DNA of 41,275 bases from Chthoniobacterales bacterium (GTDB lineage: Bacteria; Verrucomicrobiota; Verrucomicrobiia; Chthoniobacterales; UBA10450), in assembly GCA_039936335.1 (NCBI GenBank), contig JBDTIQ010000116.1, positions 1 through 41,275 on the forward strand, in the 5' to 3' direction. Below the pieces are notes generated by a model. The model was not told the origin of the DNA. It made no database searches and was given only the letters and a program-made list of their open reading frames with translations. How positions within the stretch are numbered: the first letter of the stretch is position 1; every line of letters starts with the position of its first letter. The translations under genes and the position numbers were made by a program. Below are positions 1-9,900 of this stretch, piece after piece.

Positions 1-324
1 CGAGCGCATAAAGGACTGCGGCTATCAGCGAGGCGAACCAGACCACCCACCCGACCGCAAAAGCGATGCGAACATTGAGCACCTTCTTCGCGAAGGTGTA
101 AGTGCCACCCGATTCCGGGAAGGCCGCCGCCATTTCCGAAAAGCTCAACGCGGTCAGCAGAGCGATGATTCCGTTCAGCGCGAAGGCCAGGACTGCACTG
201 GGACCTGTGGCCGAGAAAGCCGCACCCGCCAGAGCCAAAATACCGCCGCCGACAATCGCTCCGACGCCACACCCGTTGCGGCGGTCAGCCCCATTGTCCG
301 CTGAATTCCGCTCTCTCTTCCCAT
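1..324 (-). CDS. APC-superfamily amino-acid permease, N-terminal part (gene continues beyond window start); apparent frame disruption near 266-270
   Basis: The minus-strand frame is open from 349 to the window edge. It reads ...GVGAIVGGGILALAGAAFSATGPSAVLAFALNGIIALLTALSFSEMAAAFPESGGTYTFAKKVLNVRIAFAVGWVVWFASLIAAVLYAL, typical of TM1-TM2 of APC transporters. No ATG/GTG precedes TM1 in that frame. ATGs at 324 and 294 lie in the neighbouring frame (MGRESGIQRTMGLTAATGV...). The gene is absent from the ORF track because it runs off the window edge. Confidence 0.55.
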
Positions 325-456
325 GGCCGCGGCGATTATACGCTGGTCGTTACCCGTTCAAGGGACCTTTCGGCAGACTCAAGCAACATCCGTCAAGGAA
401 TGAGACTTCCAGATTCCTCCTTTCCTGATCGGGATTTCGGGTTCTCTTGAGTCGGC

Positions 457-2667
457 ATGGCTTTTGAAGACAACGAGTTGCTTTTCGGCGCCGACCCGGC
501 CCCGCGGATCGTTGCGGTCGAGCTGGGCGAGACGGGGACGGTCAAAGTCTATCGGCGGGAGAAGGATGGCGCGACCGCCTGCGAGATCGAGGAGTTCCAT
601 CCCTTCGTCTGGGCTGATAGCGACATTGCCGATCTCGGCCTGGCGAACGCGGAAAAGCTAAGCGGCGACCTGAAATACGGCTGGCTGGTGACGACAGATA
701 GCTGGAAAGAACTCATCGCGCTCCGCAACGGGTTGAAGAAAGCAGGTCGCAACTTTTTCGCGCTAAGTGACCCGGTCCAACACTACCTGACCCATACGGG
801 ACGGACGCTTTTCAAGAAGCTACCCTTCGACGAGCTGAAACGGATTCAGCTTGAAGTGTTGTCTTTCGCTGGCGGCGACCTCGAAGCCTCCACCGAAGAC
901 CATATTACCAGTATCGCGGTTTCCGATAACTCCGGTTGGGAGGAGCTGATCGAGGTAAACCCAGACGCGATCGAAGAGTCCGAGCATGCTGCGATCAAAC
1001 GTCTGACCGGTCTCATTAAGGAACGCGATCCAGACGTGATCGAAGGTCATAACCTCTTCAAGTTTGACCTGCCATTTCTGGTCGCCCGTGCCCGGAGGGC
1101 AAAGACGAAACTCGACTGGGGTCGAAGTGGCGGTTTCCTCCGCTCGCGTCCGTCGCGCCTCCAGATCGCGGAGAAGACGATCGATTACCCCAAGTTCACG
1201 ATCGACGGCCGCCATTTCGTCGACACGTTCCTGCTCGCCCAGTTCTACGACGTGGGCATGCGCACGCTGAGTGGTTTCGAGCGCAGCGATGTTGCCCAGC
1301 ATTTCGACCTAACGAACATAGCGTCTGTCTCACAGCTATCCGGCAAAGAGTTACAGCGGGCGTGGCTGGACGATCCGGAGCGCTATCGCGAGCGTGCGCT
1401 CTGCGCGGTGCGGGAAACGCGGGCCGTCGCCGACTTGCTTAGCCCCAGCTATTTCATCCAGGCGCGGATTTTCCCTTACAATTATCAGGACGTGATCGTG
1501 CGTGGAAACGCGACCAGGATTAACGCGCTTTTTCTTCGCGAATATTTCCGCCAACGCCAAAGCATTCCGGAGATGCCGATGGCGCGCGGGTTCGAAGGCG
1601 GCTACACCGACATCTTTTTCACCGGCGTGGCGCGGAACGTGTGGCATTGCGACGTCGCTTCGCTCTACCCATCGATCATGTTGCAGTTCGATTGCCTGCC
1701 GCTGAACGATCAGCTCCAGATCTTTCGACACTTACTGACTGACCTGCGGTCTTTTCGTCTGGAGGCGAAGGCGGACATGCGCGAAGCGAGGGACGAAGCC
1801 ACGCGGCGCTATTACCACGCGCTGCAAAATACCTTCAAAATCCTGATCAACAGCTTCTACGGCTATCTCGGTTTCGCGCAGGGAAGCTTTGCTGATTTCG
1901 AAGCCGCCGCGCGAGTCACTCAGATCGGGCGCGATCTCCTCAAACAGATGATCGCATGGCTGCAGGCACAGGGGGCACAAGTGATCGAAGTCGACACGGA
2001 CGGGATCTACTTTGTTCCACCTAACGACGCCAGCGTCGAAAACTTGCGGGATGGGCTGGCGAAAGAGTTGCCAGCAGGGATCGAAGTGGAATTCGACGAA
2101 CAATTCGAAGCCATGTTCAGCTATAAGGCGAAGAACTATGCCCTGCTCGACCAGGAAGGTGAAGTGACTCTCAAAGGCGGCGCCCTGAAGTCGCGCGGAT
2201 TAGAGAAGTTCCAGCGGGTTTTTCTCGAGGAAATGATCAAGCTGCTCATGCAGGAGAAGCCAGACGCGATCCAGGATTTACGCGATGACTTCGAGCGAAA
2301 GATCCGCGAGCGAGCCTGGCCAATCGAGATGCTGATGAAAACCGATACCCTGCAGGATTCGCTGGAGAAATATCGTCAGAAAATAGCAGGTTCAGCGCGG
2401 AATCGCGCCGCTGCCTATGAGTTGGCGCTAGCCAGTGGTCGCAACTATCGGCCGGGGGACCAGGTAAGCTACTACATCACGGGCACGACGAAGAAAGTGG
2501 CCGCTTACGAAAACGCCAAGCTGGTGCCGGATTTCAATCCGAGCGTGCGCGATGAGAATGTCGATTATTACGCGGCTAAGTTGGATGACTTGATGAAGAA
2601 ATTCGCCGACTTCACCAAAACGAAAGCAGCCGCGACAGATCCCGCGCAGGGAGACCTTCTTCTCTAA
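457..2667 (+). CDS. polB: Family B DNA polymerase (Pol II-like)
   Basis: 736-aa ORF. Exo motifs GDLEA and NLFKFDLPFL. Polymerase motif A DVASLYPSIM, motif B KILINSFYGYLG, motif C VIEVDTDGIYF. Confidence 0.9.
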   Translation: MAFEDNELLFGADPAPRIVAVELGETGTVKVYRREKDGATACEIEEFHPFVWADSDIADLGLANAEKLSGDLKYGWLVTTDSWKELIALRNGLKKAGRNFFALSDPVQHYLTHTGRTLFKKLPFDELKRIQLEVLSFAGGDLEASTEDHITSIAVSDNSGWEELIEVNPDAIEESEHAAIKRLTGLIKERDPDVIEGHNLFKFDLPFLVARARRAKTKLDWGRSGGFLRSRPSRLQIAEKTIDYPKFTIDGRHFVDTFLLAQFYDVGMRTLSGFERSDVAQHFDLTNIASVSQLSGKELQRAWLDDPERYRERALCAVRETRAVADLLSPSYFIQARIFPYNYQDVIVRGNATRINALFLREYFRQRQSIPEMPMARGFEGGYTDIFFTGVARNVWHCDVASLYPSIMLQFDCLPLNDQLQIFRHLLTDLRSFRLEAKADMREARDEATRRYYHALQNTFKILINSFYGYLGFAQGSFADFEAAARVTQIGRDLLKQMIAWLQAQGAQVIEVDTDGIYFVPPNDASVENLRDGLAKELPAGIEVEFDEQFEAMFSYKAKNYALLDQEGEVTLKGGALKSRGLEKFQRVFLEEMIKLLMQEKPDAIQDLRDDFERKIRERAWPIEMLMKTDTLQDSLEKYRQKIAGSARNRAAAYELALASGRNYRPGDQVSYYITGTTKKVAAYENAKLVPDFNPSVRDENVDYYAAKLDDLMKKFADFTKTKAAATDPAQGDLLL

Positions 2668-2779
2668 CCTGCGATGCTGGTGCGGCACGAGTAGCCGTTG
2701 GTTTCCTGCTTCTCATCGGACCGCCGCAGAAGGCGGAATGATCCACGACCGGCGCAATGGCCGTTCGATCAGTTATCGC

Positions 2780-3235
2780 TCATTTCTGCTTTTCCGAGTG
2801 CGCGACCTTTAAGAGTTTCACGTCTCTTGTCAGCAGTGGGGTCCCATCGATATCCAAGCCGGCGGTGCTGTCGGTCGCATCCCCGAAGTAGCGAAAAATC
2901 CGATCCGGCTTCTGCTTGCTCACGTAAAGGCCACCCGCGACCGCTTTGTTCTGACTGAAGAAGCTATGCAACCCATTCGTCGCCTGAAAATAATACCCGC
3001 GAGCATCCTCGCTCACGGGAATGAATTGTCCGGGCAAGATCCAGAACTCTCCATTCTCACTCCGGGTCAGGAAGGGATGATTCACGTGGATCGTGCGCAG
3101 CAGGACAAACTCTTCGATGTTTCTGCCCTTGAGGATGGCTGGGCCGTGGAGAGGCACGCGCGCCCGATCAGCGGAACTTCCGTAAGCCATAAGCAGACTG
3201 CAAAGTGCCGCTAATATCAGACGTCCTCGCCGCAT
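2780..3235 (-). CDS. Hypothetical secreted protein
   Basis: ORF 2780..3316. The likely start is ATG at 3235, giving the signal-peptide-like N-terminus MRRGRLILAALCSLLMAYGSSA. I recognise no family. Confidence 0.45.
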   Translation of the reverse strand: MRRGRLILAALCSLLMAYGSSADRARVPLHGPAILKGRNIEEFVLLRTIHVNHPFLTRSENGEFWILPGQFIPVSEDARGYYFQATNGLHSFFSQNKAVAGGLYVSKQKPDRIFRYFGDATDSTAGLDIDGTPLLTRDVKLLKVAHSEKQK

Positions 3236-3394
3236 TCGCAGCTGGGAAGAGTTTTGATGCATAAGCTCCATTCGTCGGAAGAGAATATCCTGCTTGACCG
3301 GCTGCCTGCAAATCATTCGTACTTCACCCCCAGACTAATCCCCGGCGGCGAGTAGCTTCTATACTCGTTGGGCTTTGTATCTCCTGATGATAGC

Positions 3395-5182
3395 TCACGT
3401 GCCGTTCTTGTTCTTCGCACGCGCGAGAAGGCTGCGAGCCTGGGTCACGAGCTTCACTTCCTCTGGAAGAAGCTTCGCGTTGGCCGAGGCGTCGAGGAAC
3501 TTCGTCGCTTCAAGGTTATGTCCAGCCGCCGCGAGAAAGATCCCGTAATAGGCCGCGACGGAGGGATCTTTCAGCTGCTCCGGTGTGAGGCTTTGCATGA
3601 TGTGGAGCGCGCCTTGGACGTCGCCGTTTTGATAAAGCCCGAAAGCGTAAGTGGACGCAAAGGCGGCGTTTTTCGGTTGCTCGCGATGCACGTAGGCCGC
3701 GAGGGCGCGCGCGCGAAATGGATCGGCGTGCAGCAGGAGCGAGATCTGCGCGAAGTTGTTTTTCACCAGCGGGTCGTCCGGCAGCACGTCGATGAGCCGC
3801 GTGAGGACACGGAACAGTCCCGCGGTATCGCGCTCGCCTGCGAAGTAGTTATAGAGGGCTTGGAGCGCCGCCGTTTGCGACTCGGGGATTTCCGCGAGCA
3901 ACCACAGGACGTCGACGCCTTTCGCCGGCCAGTGCCATTGGAAGGCGAGCTTCTGCAAAACGTTCAGCCGCTCGCTGTTGTTCTGGGCTCGGGAGACGGC
4001 TTCGGCCCACAATTTTTCAAAGCCATCGGGATCGCCGGTTTCCTTCGCGACCTTCGCCTGGAGCGCGAGCCGGAATGACTCGACGCCTTCCCACGAGCCG
4101 CGCTGCAGCATTGCCTTCAGCGCCGCCCAATCGCGCAGCGCTATGTAGGCGTCGGCCAGCGCAAACCGAAGCGAAACGCTGCCGAACATTTCCGGCGGGA
4201 GACGTTTGCTCCAGTCGATCGCGAGGAGCGCGAGGCCGTGGCTCGTCATCCAACTGATGAGTCGCGCCGCCTGCTCCGCGGACGTGGCCGATTTCGCTTC
4301 GGACCGGGTGAGCGCGTCGGTGAAAGCGGGATCGTTGAACTGGCGCAGAATCCCGAGCGCGAGGAGGCGGTCGGCCGCGGGCGCATCGGGGAGCGCGTCG
4401 AGCTCCTTCGCGAGTGCGAGCGCTTCGGAATCGTAACGGCGAGCGAGCGCGTCGTTCAGCAAAATGTGGATCGCATCGAGCTGCACCTTCTTGTTGCTCT
4501 TCAGGCGGGTGGCGGTGGCGCGGCCGGTGGCTCGCTCGACGGAATCGGCGGAGCGGAGCTGAAATTCCGCCAGCTCGAGCTCGTGTTTGGGATCGTTAGG
4601 CGCGAAGCGGACGGCGGCGCGCAGATGTTCGCCGGCGGCGGCGAGGTCATTTTTTGTGAGGGCCACGCGCGCGGCTGCGGCTTGGTATTCGGCATTGTTC
4701 CGTTGGGCGCTCGCGACCTGCGCGAGCGTCTCGGCGGCTATTTCTGGCTGGGAAAAACGGAGCGCCGTGTTTGCGAGCGACATGCGATCGGGAAACGAAG
4801 TCGGATCGATTGCGAGCGCGCGCCGCCGCCATTCGATCGCCTGGACGCTGTTCTGTTTCTCCGCGATATCGGCGAGAGTGCGGCAGGCGTCGATGCTCTT
4901 GTCGTCGAGGCTGTAGGCGCGTTGCGCAGCCATCGCGGCCCAGCGCAGATCGAGTTTATCGTAGGCGACGTGGGCCTGGTGCATGAGCTTGCGCTCCTGC
5001 CAGTGCACGTAAAGACGACGGCCACCCCAGCAAACGGCCACGAGCAGGACGAGCCCCAGAATGATGCCTAACGACAGGCGGATATAGACCCGCTCGGTCT
5101 TTTGCAGCGTGATTTCGCGTTCGTCAGTTGGGAGCGCCATGTCGAGTCTGCCGGGTCCGCGCCGGGTGGCGTCGCGGCGCAC
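3395..5182 (-). CDS. TPR-repeat protein with one N-terminal transmembrane helix
   Basis: 595-aa ORF with TM segment LSLGIILGLVLLVAVCW, followed by repeated Ala/Leu-rich TPR-like helices. An alternative start ATG lies at 5140 (MALPTDERE). It is divergent from the exosortase gene. Confidence 0.7.
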   Translation of the reverse strand: MRRDATRRGPGRLDMALPTDEREITLQKTERVYIRLSLGIILGLVLLVAVCWGGRRLYVHWQERKLMHQAHVAYDKLDLRWAAMAAQRAYSLDDKSIDACRTLADIAEKQNSVQAIEWRRRALAIDPTSFPDRMSLANTALRFSQPEIAAETLAQVASAQRNNAEYQAAAARVALTKNDLAAAGEHLRAAVRFAPNDPKHELELAEFQLRSADSVERATGRATATRLKSNKKVQLDAIHILLNDALARRYDSEALALAKELDALPDAPAADRLLALGILRQFNDPAFTDALTRSEAKSATSAEQAARLISWMTSHGLALLAIDWSKRLPPEMFGSVSLRFALADAYIALRDWAALKAMLQRGSWEGVESFRLALQAKVAKETGDPDGFEKLWAEAVSRAQNNSERLNVLQKLAFQWHWPAKGVDVLWLLAEIPESQTAALQALYNYFAGERDTAGLFRVLTRLIDVLPDDPLVKNNFAQISLLLHADPFRARALAAYVHREQPKNAAFASTYAFGLYQNGDVQGALHIMQSLTPEQLKDPSVAAYYGIFLAAAGHNLEATKFLDASANAKLLPEEVKLVTQARSLLARAKNKNGT

Positions 5183-5201
5183 AAGCTGCTAGAAAACTAG
5201 C

Positions 5202-6764
5202 ATGTCCCATTCCACCGCGGAAGCTCGCGCGCTCCCGTCGCCTGCGCTCGCCGGAGTGGGGTCGCTCGGGATTTGCGGGCTCGCTTTTGGGTTTCTTTGG
5301 CTGGAGATCATCCACCAGCTCGGGAGCGAGTGGTCGCTCAATCCGCAATACGGCTATGGTTGGACGGTGCCGTTTTTGGCCGCGTTTCTTCTCTGGCAAC
5401 GCTGGTCGGCGCGACCGGACAGCAGTGCGCCGGATTTTCCTGGCCTAACGATTTGCCTGACGGTTATCGCCGCGCTGATTTTATTTCCGGCGCGCCTCGT
5501 TGCGGTCGCAAATCCCGACTGGCGTTTGCTCGATTGGATCATGGCGCTGGCGGTCGTCGCGATCTCGTTAGGCGGAATCTACCTTACCGGCGGCGTGGGC
5601 TGGCTCCGGCATTTTGCTTTCCCGATTTTGTTCTTCCTCGTCGCGGTGCCGTGGCCGGTGCAGCTCGAGCAACTTGTCGTGCAACACCTGATGCGTGCCG
5701 ACGCCGCGATCACGATCGGCCTGCTTAACTTTATCGGCACGCTCGCGCTCCAGCACGGCAACGTGATCGAACTCAGCACCGGCCAGGTCGGGATCGACGA
5801 CGCCTGCACCGGTGTGCGTTCTCTCCAGGCGACGTTCATGGTCGCGCTGTTTCTTGGCGCCTTTTATCGCATGACGCCGCGGCGACGCGTGCTCCTTGTC
5901 GTGGCCGGCGCGTGTCTCGCGTTTGTCTGCAATATCGGGCGCACGTTTTTGCTTTGCGAGGTCGCGGCGAACGACGGGATCGCGGCGATCCAGCGTTGGC
6001 ACGATCCGGCCGGGTTCACGATTCTCGGGATCTGTCTTTTCGTGCTCTGGGGGATGAGCCTCTGGTTGCAGCCAAAGGCGGCGCCATCCCGCCGGAGAAT
6101 TGCGGCGCCATTTCACCTGCGCAGCTTCGGCTGGCCGCTCGCCTTGCTCGTTTGGCTTTGCCTGACGGAAAGCGTTGTCGCGTTTTGGTATGCGCCCAAA
6201 TCCGCGGAAACTTCCCAGCCGTGGTCGGTGAGCTGGCCGACGAGCGAACCCGGTTATCAAACGCAACCCATCGCGGCCGCGGCCGAGGAATTGTTGCGCT
6301 ACAACGAAGGCGGCGCGGCGACCTGGCGCTCGGCCGATGATCGGCCTTGGTTGATGTATTCCTTCCACTGGCTGCCGGGGCGAACCGCGGCGCTCTTCGT
6401 GAAAAATCATCGGCCGGACATCTGTCTGCCGGCGAGCGGCCTAACGATGCAGAAAGAGAGCGGTGTCCATCTCGTGCGGGCGAATGGCGTTAGTCTGCCG
6501 ATTCGCGCCTATCGCTTCGACGACAACGGCCGGCCGCTCCACATTTTCTACTGCTACTGGGATGGTCGCTCCAGTTACGAGAATGACGCCGCGGCCGCGG
6601 CCGAAGACTGGACGGCGCGCGGTCGTTTACGCTCCGCTTGGGAAGGCAAACGCGAACGCGACGCACGGATGTTTGAGCTCGCGGTTTGGGGTCACGAAAA
6701 TGACGCGGAAGCGAACGCTGCGCTGCAACGCGAGCTGGAGAAAATCGTCACACCGTCATCCTGA
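5202..6764 (+). CDS. Exosortase fused to a C-terminal EpsI-family domain
   Basis: Polytopic N-terminal half with exosortase-type catalytic motifs DDACTGVRSL (Cys), NIGRTFLL (Arg) and WHDPAGF (His). The soluble C-terminal ~200 aa resembles EpsI. The stop TGA at 6762-6764 lies inside a palindromic element arm. Confidence 0.8.
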   Translation: MSHSTAEARALPSPALAGVGSLGICGLAFGFLWLEIIHQLGSEWSLNPQYGYGWTVPFLAAFLLWQRWSARPDSSAPDFPGLTICLTVIAALILFPARLVAVANPDWRLLDWIMALAVVAISLGGIYLTGGVGWLRHFAFPILFFLVAVPWPVQLEQLVVQHLMRADAAITIGLLNFIGTLALQHGNVIELSTGQVGIDDACTGVRSLQATFMVALFLGAFYRMTPRRRVLLVVAGACLAFVCNIGRTFLLCEVAANDGIAAIQRWHDPAGFTILGICLFVLWGMSLWLQPKAAPSRRRIAAPFHLRSFGWPLALLVWLCLTESVVAFWYAPKSAETSQPWSVSWPTSEPGYQTQPIAAAAEELLRYNEGGAATWRSADDRPWLMYSFHWLPGRTAALFVKNHRPDICLPASGLTMQKESGVHLVRANGVSLPIRAYRFDDNGRPLHIFYCYWDGRSSYENDAAAAAEDWTARGRLRSAWEGKRERDARMFELAVWGHENDAEANAALQRELEKIVTPSS

Positions 6765-6883
6765 GCGAAGCGCAGCGTAGTCGAAGGATCCCGCGGACTT
6801 TTCCTGAAGCACCGGCAGTAAATCGCCGCTTCTCAGTCGCACCACGAGATCGCTCGACTCCGCTGCGCTTCGCTCGGGATGAC
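6755..6883. repeat. Family-1 palindromic (MITE/REP-like) element, copy 1
   Basis: Left arm GTCATCCTGAGCGAAGCGCAGCGTAGTCGAAGGATC pairs with right arm GATCGCTCGACTCCGCTGCGCTTCGCTCGGGATGAC. It lies between the exosortase and uvrA genes. Confidence 0.9.
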
Positions 6884-6904
6884 ACTGTTTTTCGGTCGTT
6901 TGTA

Positions 6905-9900
6905 ATGCGGAGAGTTTGCGCTTTTCGCGCGAGGAAACGATTGTCGTCGGTGGCTTCCACCAACGGCAAGAAACCCTGCGAGACCGCGCCTCCGGACCCG
7001 CCTCAGGCGGGTTGCATCGCCATCCGCGGGGCGCGGCAGAACAATCTCAAGGGCTTCGATCTCGATCTCCCGCTGGGCGAATTAACCGTCGTCACTGGCC
7101 CGAGTGGGAGCGGTAAATCGTCGCTCGCCTTCGACACGATCTACGCGGAAGGCCAGCGCCGCTACGTCGAGACGTTTTCGCCTTACACACGGCAATTTCT
7201 CGACCGGATGGACAAGCCGCGGGTCGATGAAATTCGCGGTATCCCGCCCGCGATCGCGATCGCGCAATCGAACCCGGTGAAAAGCTCGCGCTCAACCGTC
7301 GGCACGATGACGGAGATCAACGACTACCTGAAACTGCTCATGCCGCGGGTGGCGCACGCCTTTTGTCCCAGCTGCGGCCGGGAGATTCGGCCGGAAAGCG
7401 CAAAGTCGATCGCGGATGAAATCTTCGCGAAATTCGGAACGCCTAACGCCATTTGTCATCCTGAGCGGAGTGGAGCGGAGCGGAACGGAGTCGAAGGACC
7501 TCACAAGCTTTCTGAGGACGTCGATAACCAAAGCGACGTCGAGCAACGCTTGCGGGGTCCTTCGACTGCGCTGCGCTCCGCTCGGGATGACAAGGAAAAG
7601 AGCGCTCCTCCTCAAACTGGCCTGATCACCTTTTGGATCACCGTCCCGCCGAAGACCGATCCCGCGGACTTCTTCGCCTTCCTCCAACAGCAAGGTTATC
7701 TGCGCATCTGGCTCGATGGCGAAGTCATCCGTGCCGACACCGACCTCAAAAACATCCGGCTCGGCGCGCGTGTCCAGGTCATCCAGGATCGCCTGACGAT
7801 CAACGAAGGATCGCGCGCGCGGCTCGTCGAATCGCTCGAGACTGCGCTCCGTTTCGGAAAAGATCGGATCAACTTCATCGACCTCGAAACGAAGGAGGCG
7901 CATCCATTTTCGACCGGCTGGCATTGCGCGCATTGCGATCTCGATATTCGCCCGCCGACGCCAGGTTTGTTCAGCTTTAACAATCCGTTAGGCGCGTGTC
8001 CGGAATGTCGCGGCTTCGGACGCACCATCGGCGTCGATTACAACCGCGCCATCCCGGATCGCTCCTACTCGATCGCTCAAGGCGCGGTCCGAGTTTTCCG
8101 CGGGCAGGAGATGGGCGAATCGCAAAAGGACCTGCTCCGCGCCTGCACCCGTGAGGAGATCGACGTCAATACGCCCTTCGAGGAATTGCCGCAGTGCGAT
8201 CAGGATTTCATCATCAATGGTGAGAAGGGCGTGGGCGAATACAGCGAGGAAGATTACGAAACCGATCGCTGGTATGGCGTGCGCGGATTCTTCAAATGGC
8301 TCGAGAGTAAGTCCTACAAAATGCACGTGCGCGTGCTCCTCAGCCGCTACCGCGCCTACACGAACTGCCCAAGCTGTCGCGGCGGACGTTTCCAGCCGGA
8401 GACGTTGAATTTTCGATTCGTCACTTCCTCTTCCAGGATGCCTGGAGAGCTGAGTTCCCGCGAAGCCGCGCCGGATGCTATTGCCTTCACGCTCCCGGAA
8501 TTTGCCGCGCTTCCGATTTCGGAAGCGCGCGATTTCCTAACTAACCTGACGCTTCCGCCTAACGATTCTGCTGCAGCCATGTTGTGCGCTGAGATCGTGA
8601 CGCGGCTCAATTATCTCTGCGAAGTCGGCGTCGGCTACCTCACGCTCGATCGCTCCACCCGCACCTTGAGCGGCGGCGAAGTGCAACGCGTTAACCTCAC
8701 CACTTGCCTCGGCGCCTCGCTCGTGAACACGCTTTTCGTGATGGACGAACCGAGCGTCGGCCTCCATCCGCGCGATGTCGGGAGACTCGTTAGGGTGATG
8801 CATAACCTGCGCGACAAAGGCAATACGTTGCTCGTCGTCGAGCACGAGGAAGCGATCATCCGCGCGGCGGATCATCTGCTCGATATTGGCCCCGGCCGCG
8901 GCGAGCAGGGGGGCGAGCTTGTCTTCCAAGGAACGCTGAACGAGATGCTGGGTAGCGCGCCCGTCCCGGGTGCTGGCGAAGGCGTCCCGCCTTCGCGAAC
9001 TTCCGAAAACACGAACGGTTCTCGCCGATCGAAACCGGATCGAAAAAGTTCGTTGCCGCGAGACGCGTCAACCAGCACGCGAGACGCGCGCGCTACCCCG
9101 GCATTCTCGCTCACCGCCGAATATCTATCCGGCCGTAAGAGCATCCCGATTCCGAAGGCACGCCGCGAATTCAAGCACACGCTCAAGATCAAAGGCGGAA
9201 GCGAACACAACCTCCAGAACCTCGACGTCGAGATTCCGTTAGGCATTTTCACTTGCGTGACCGGCGTTTCCGGTTCCGGAAAATCGACCCTCGTGCACGA
9301 CGTTCTCTACAAGAACCTCCTCCGAGAACGCGGCGAGCAGGGCGAGGAAGCCGGCGCCTGCAAGAGCGTGACCGGCGCGCATCGCGTCGGGCAGATTGTG
9401 ATGGTCGATCAATCGTCGCTCTCCCGCACCCCGCGCTCGACGCCGATTCTCTATCTCGGCGTTTACGACCGGGTGCGCGAGCTCTTCGCCGCGCTCCCGG
9501 AAGCGATGGCGCAGGGCCTGACGGCGAGCGCGTTTTCCTTCAACTCCGGGAGCGGCCGTTGCGAGCGTTGCGGCGGGACCGGCTTCGAAAAAGTAGAGAT
9601 GCAATTCCTGAGCGACCTCTACGTGCGCTGCGCCGAATGCGAGGGCAAACGCTTTCAGCCGCACGTGCTCCGGGTGAAGCTCGAAGGCCGCTCGATTCAC
9701 GACCTGCTCGAGCTGACGGTGAGCGAGGCGGTGGAATTTTTCGCGTCGTTAGGCGAAGCGGAGAAGCTGGCGCAACCTCTGGCGATCCTCGAGGAGGTCG
9801 GGCTCGGCTACGTGCGGCTCGGGCAGCCGCTGAACACGCTTTCCGGCGGCGAATCACAGCGGCTTAAGCTCGTTAGGCACCTGGCCGAGAGCGGTGCCGA

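Noticed and set aside
3368-5071. Long ORFs on the strand opposite to annotated genes. Examples: 3368..4078, 4238..5071, 5568..6410, 7292..7933, 10385..11299, 15505..16338, 18108..18893, 21844..23127, 26304..27302, and 102..428 opposite the permease.
   Set aside because: These are typical high-GC shadow ORFs. Their translations are Arg/Ala/Pro/Gly-rich low-complexity sequences without motifs, while the opposite strand encodes clearly recognisable proteins.
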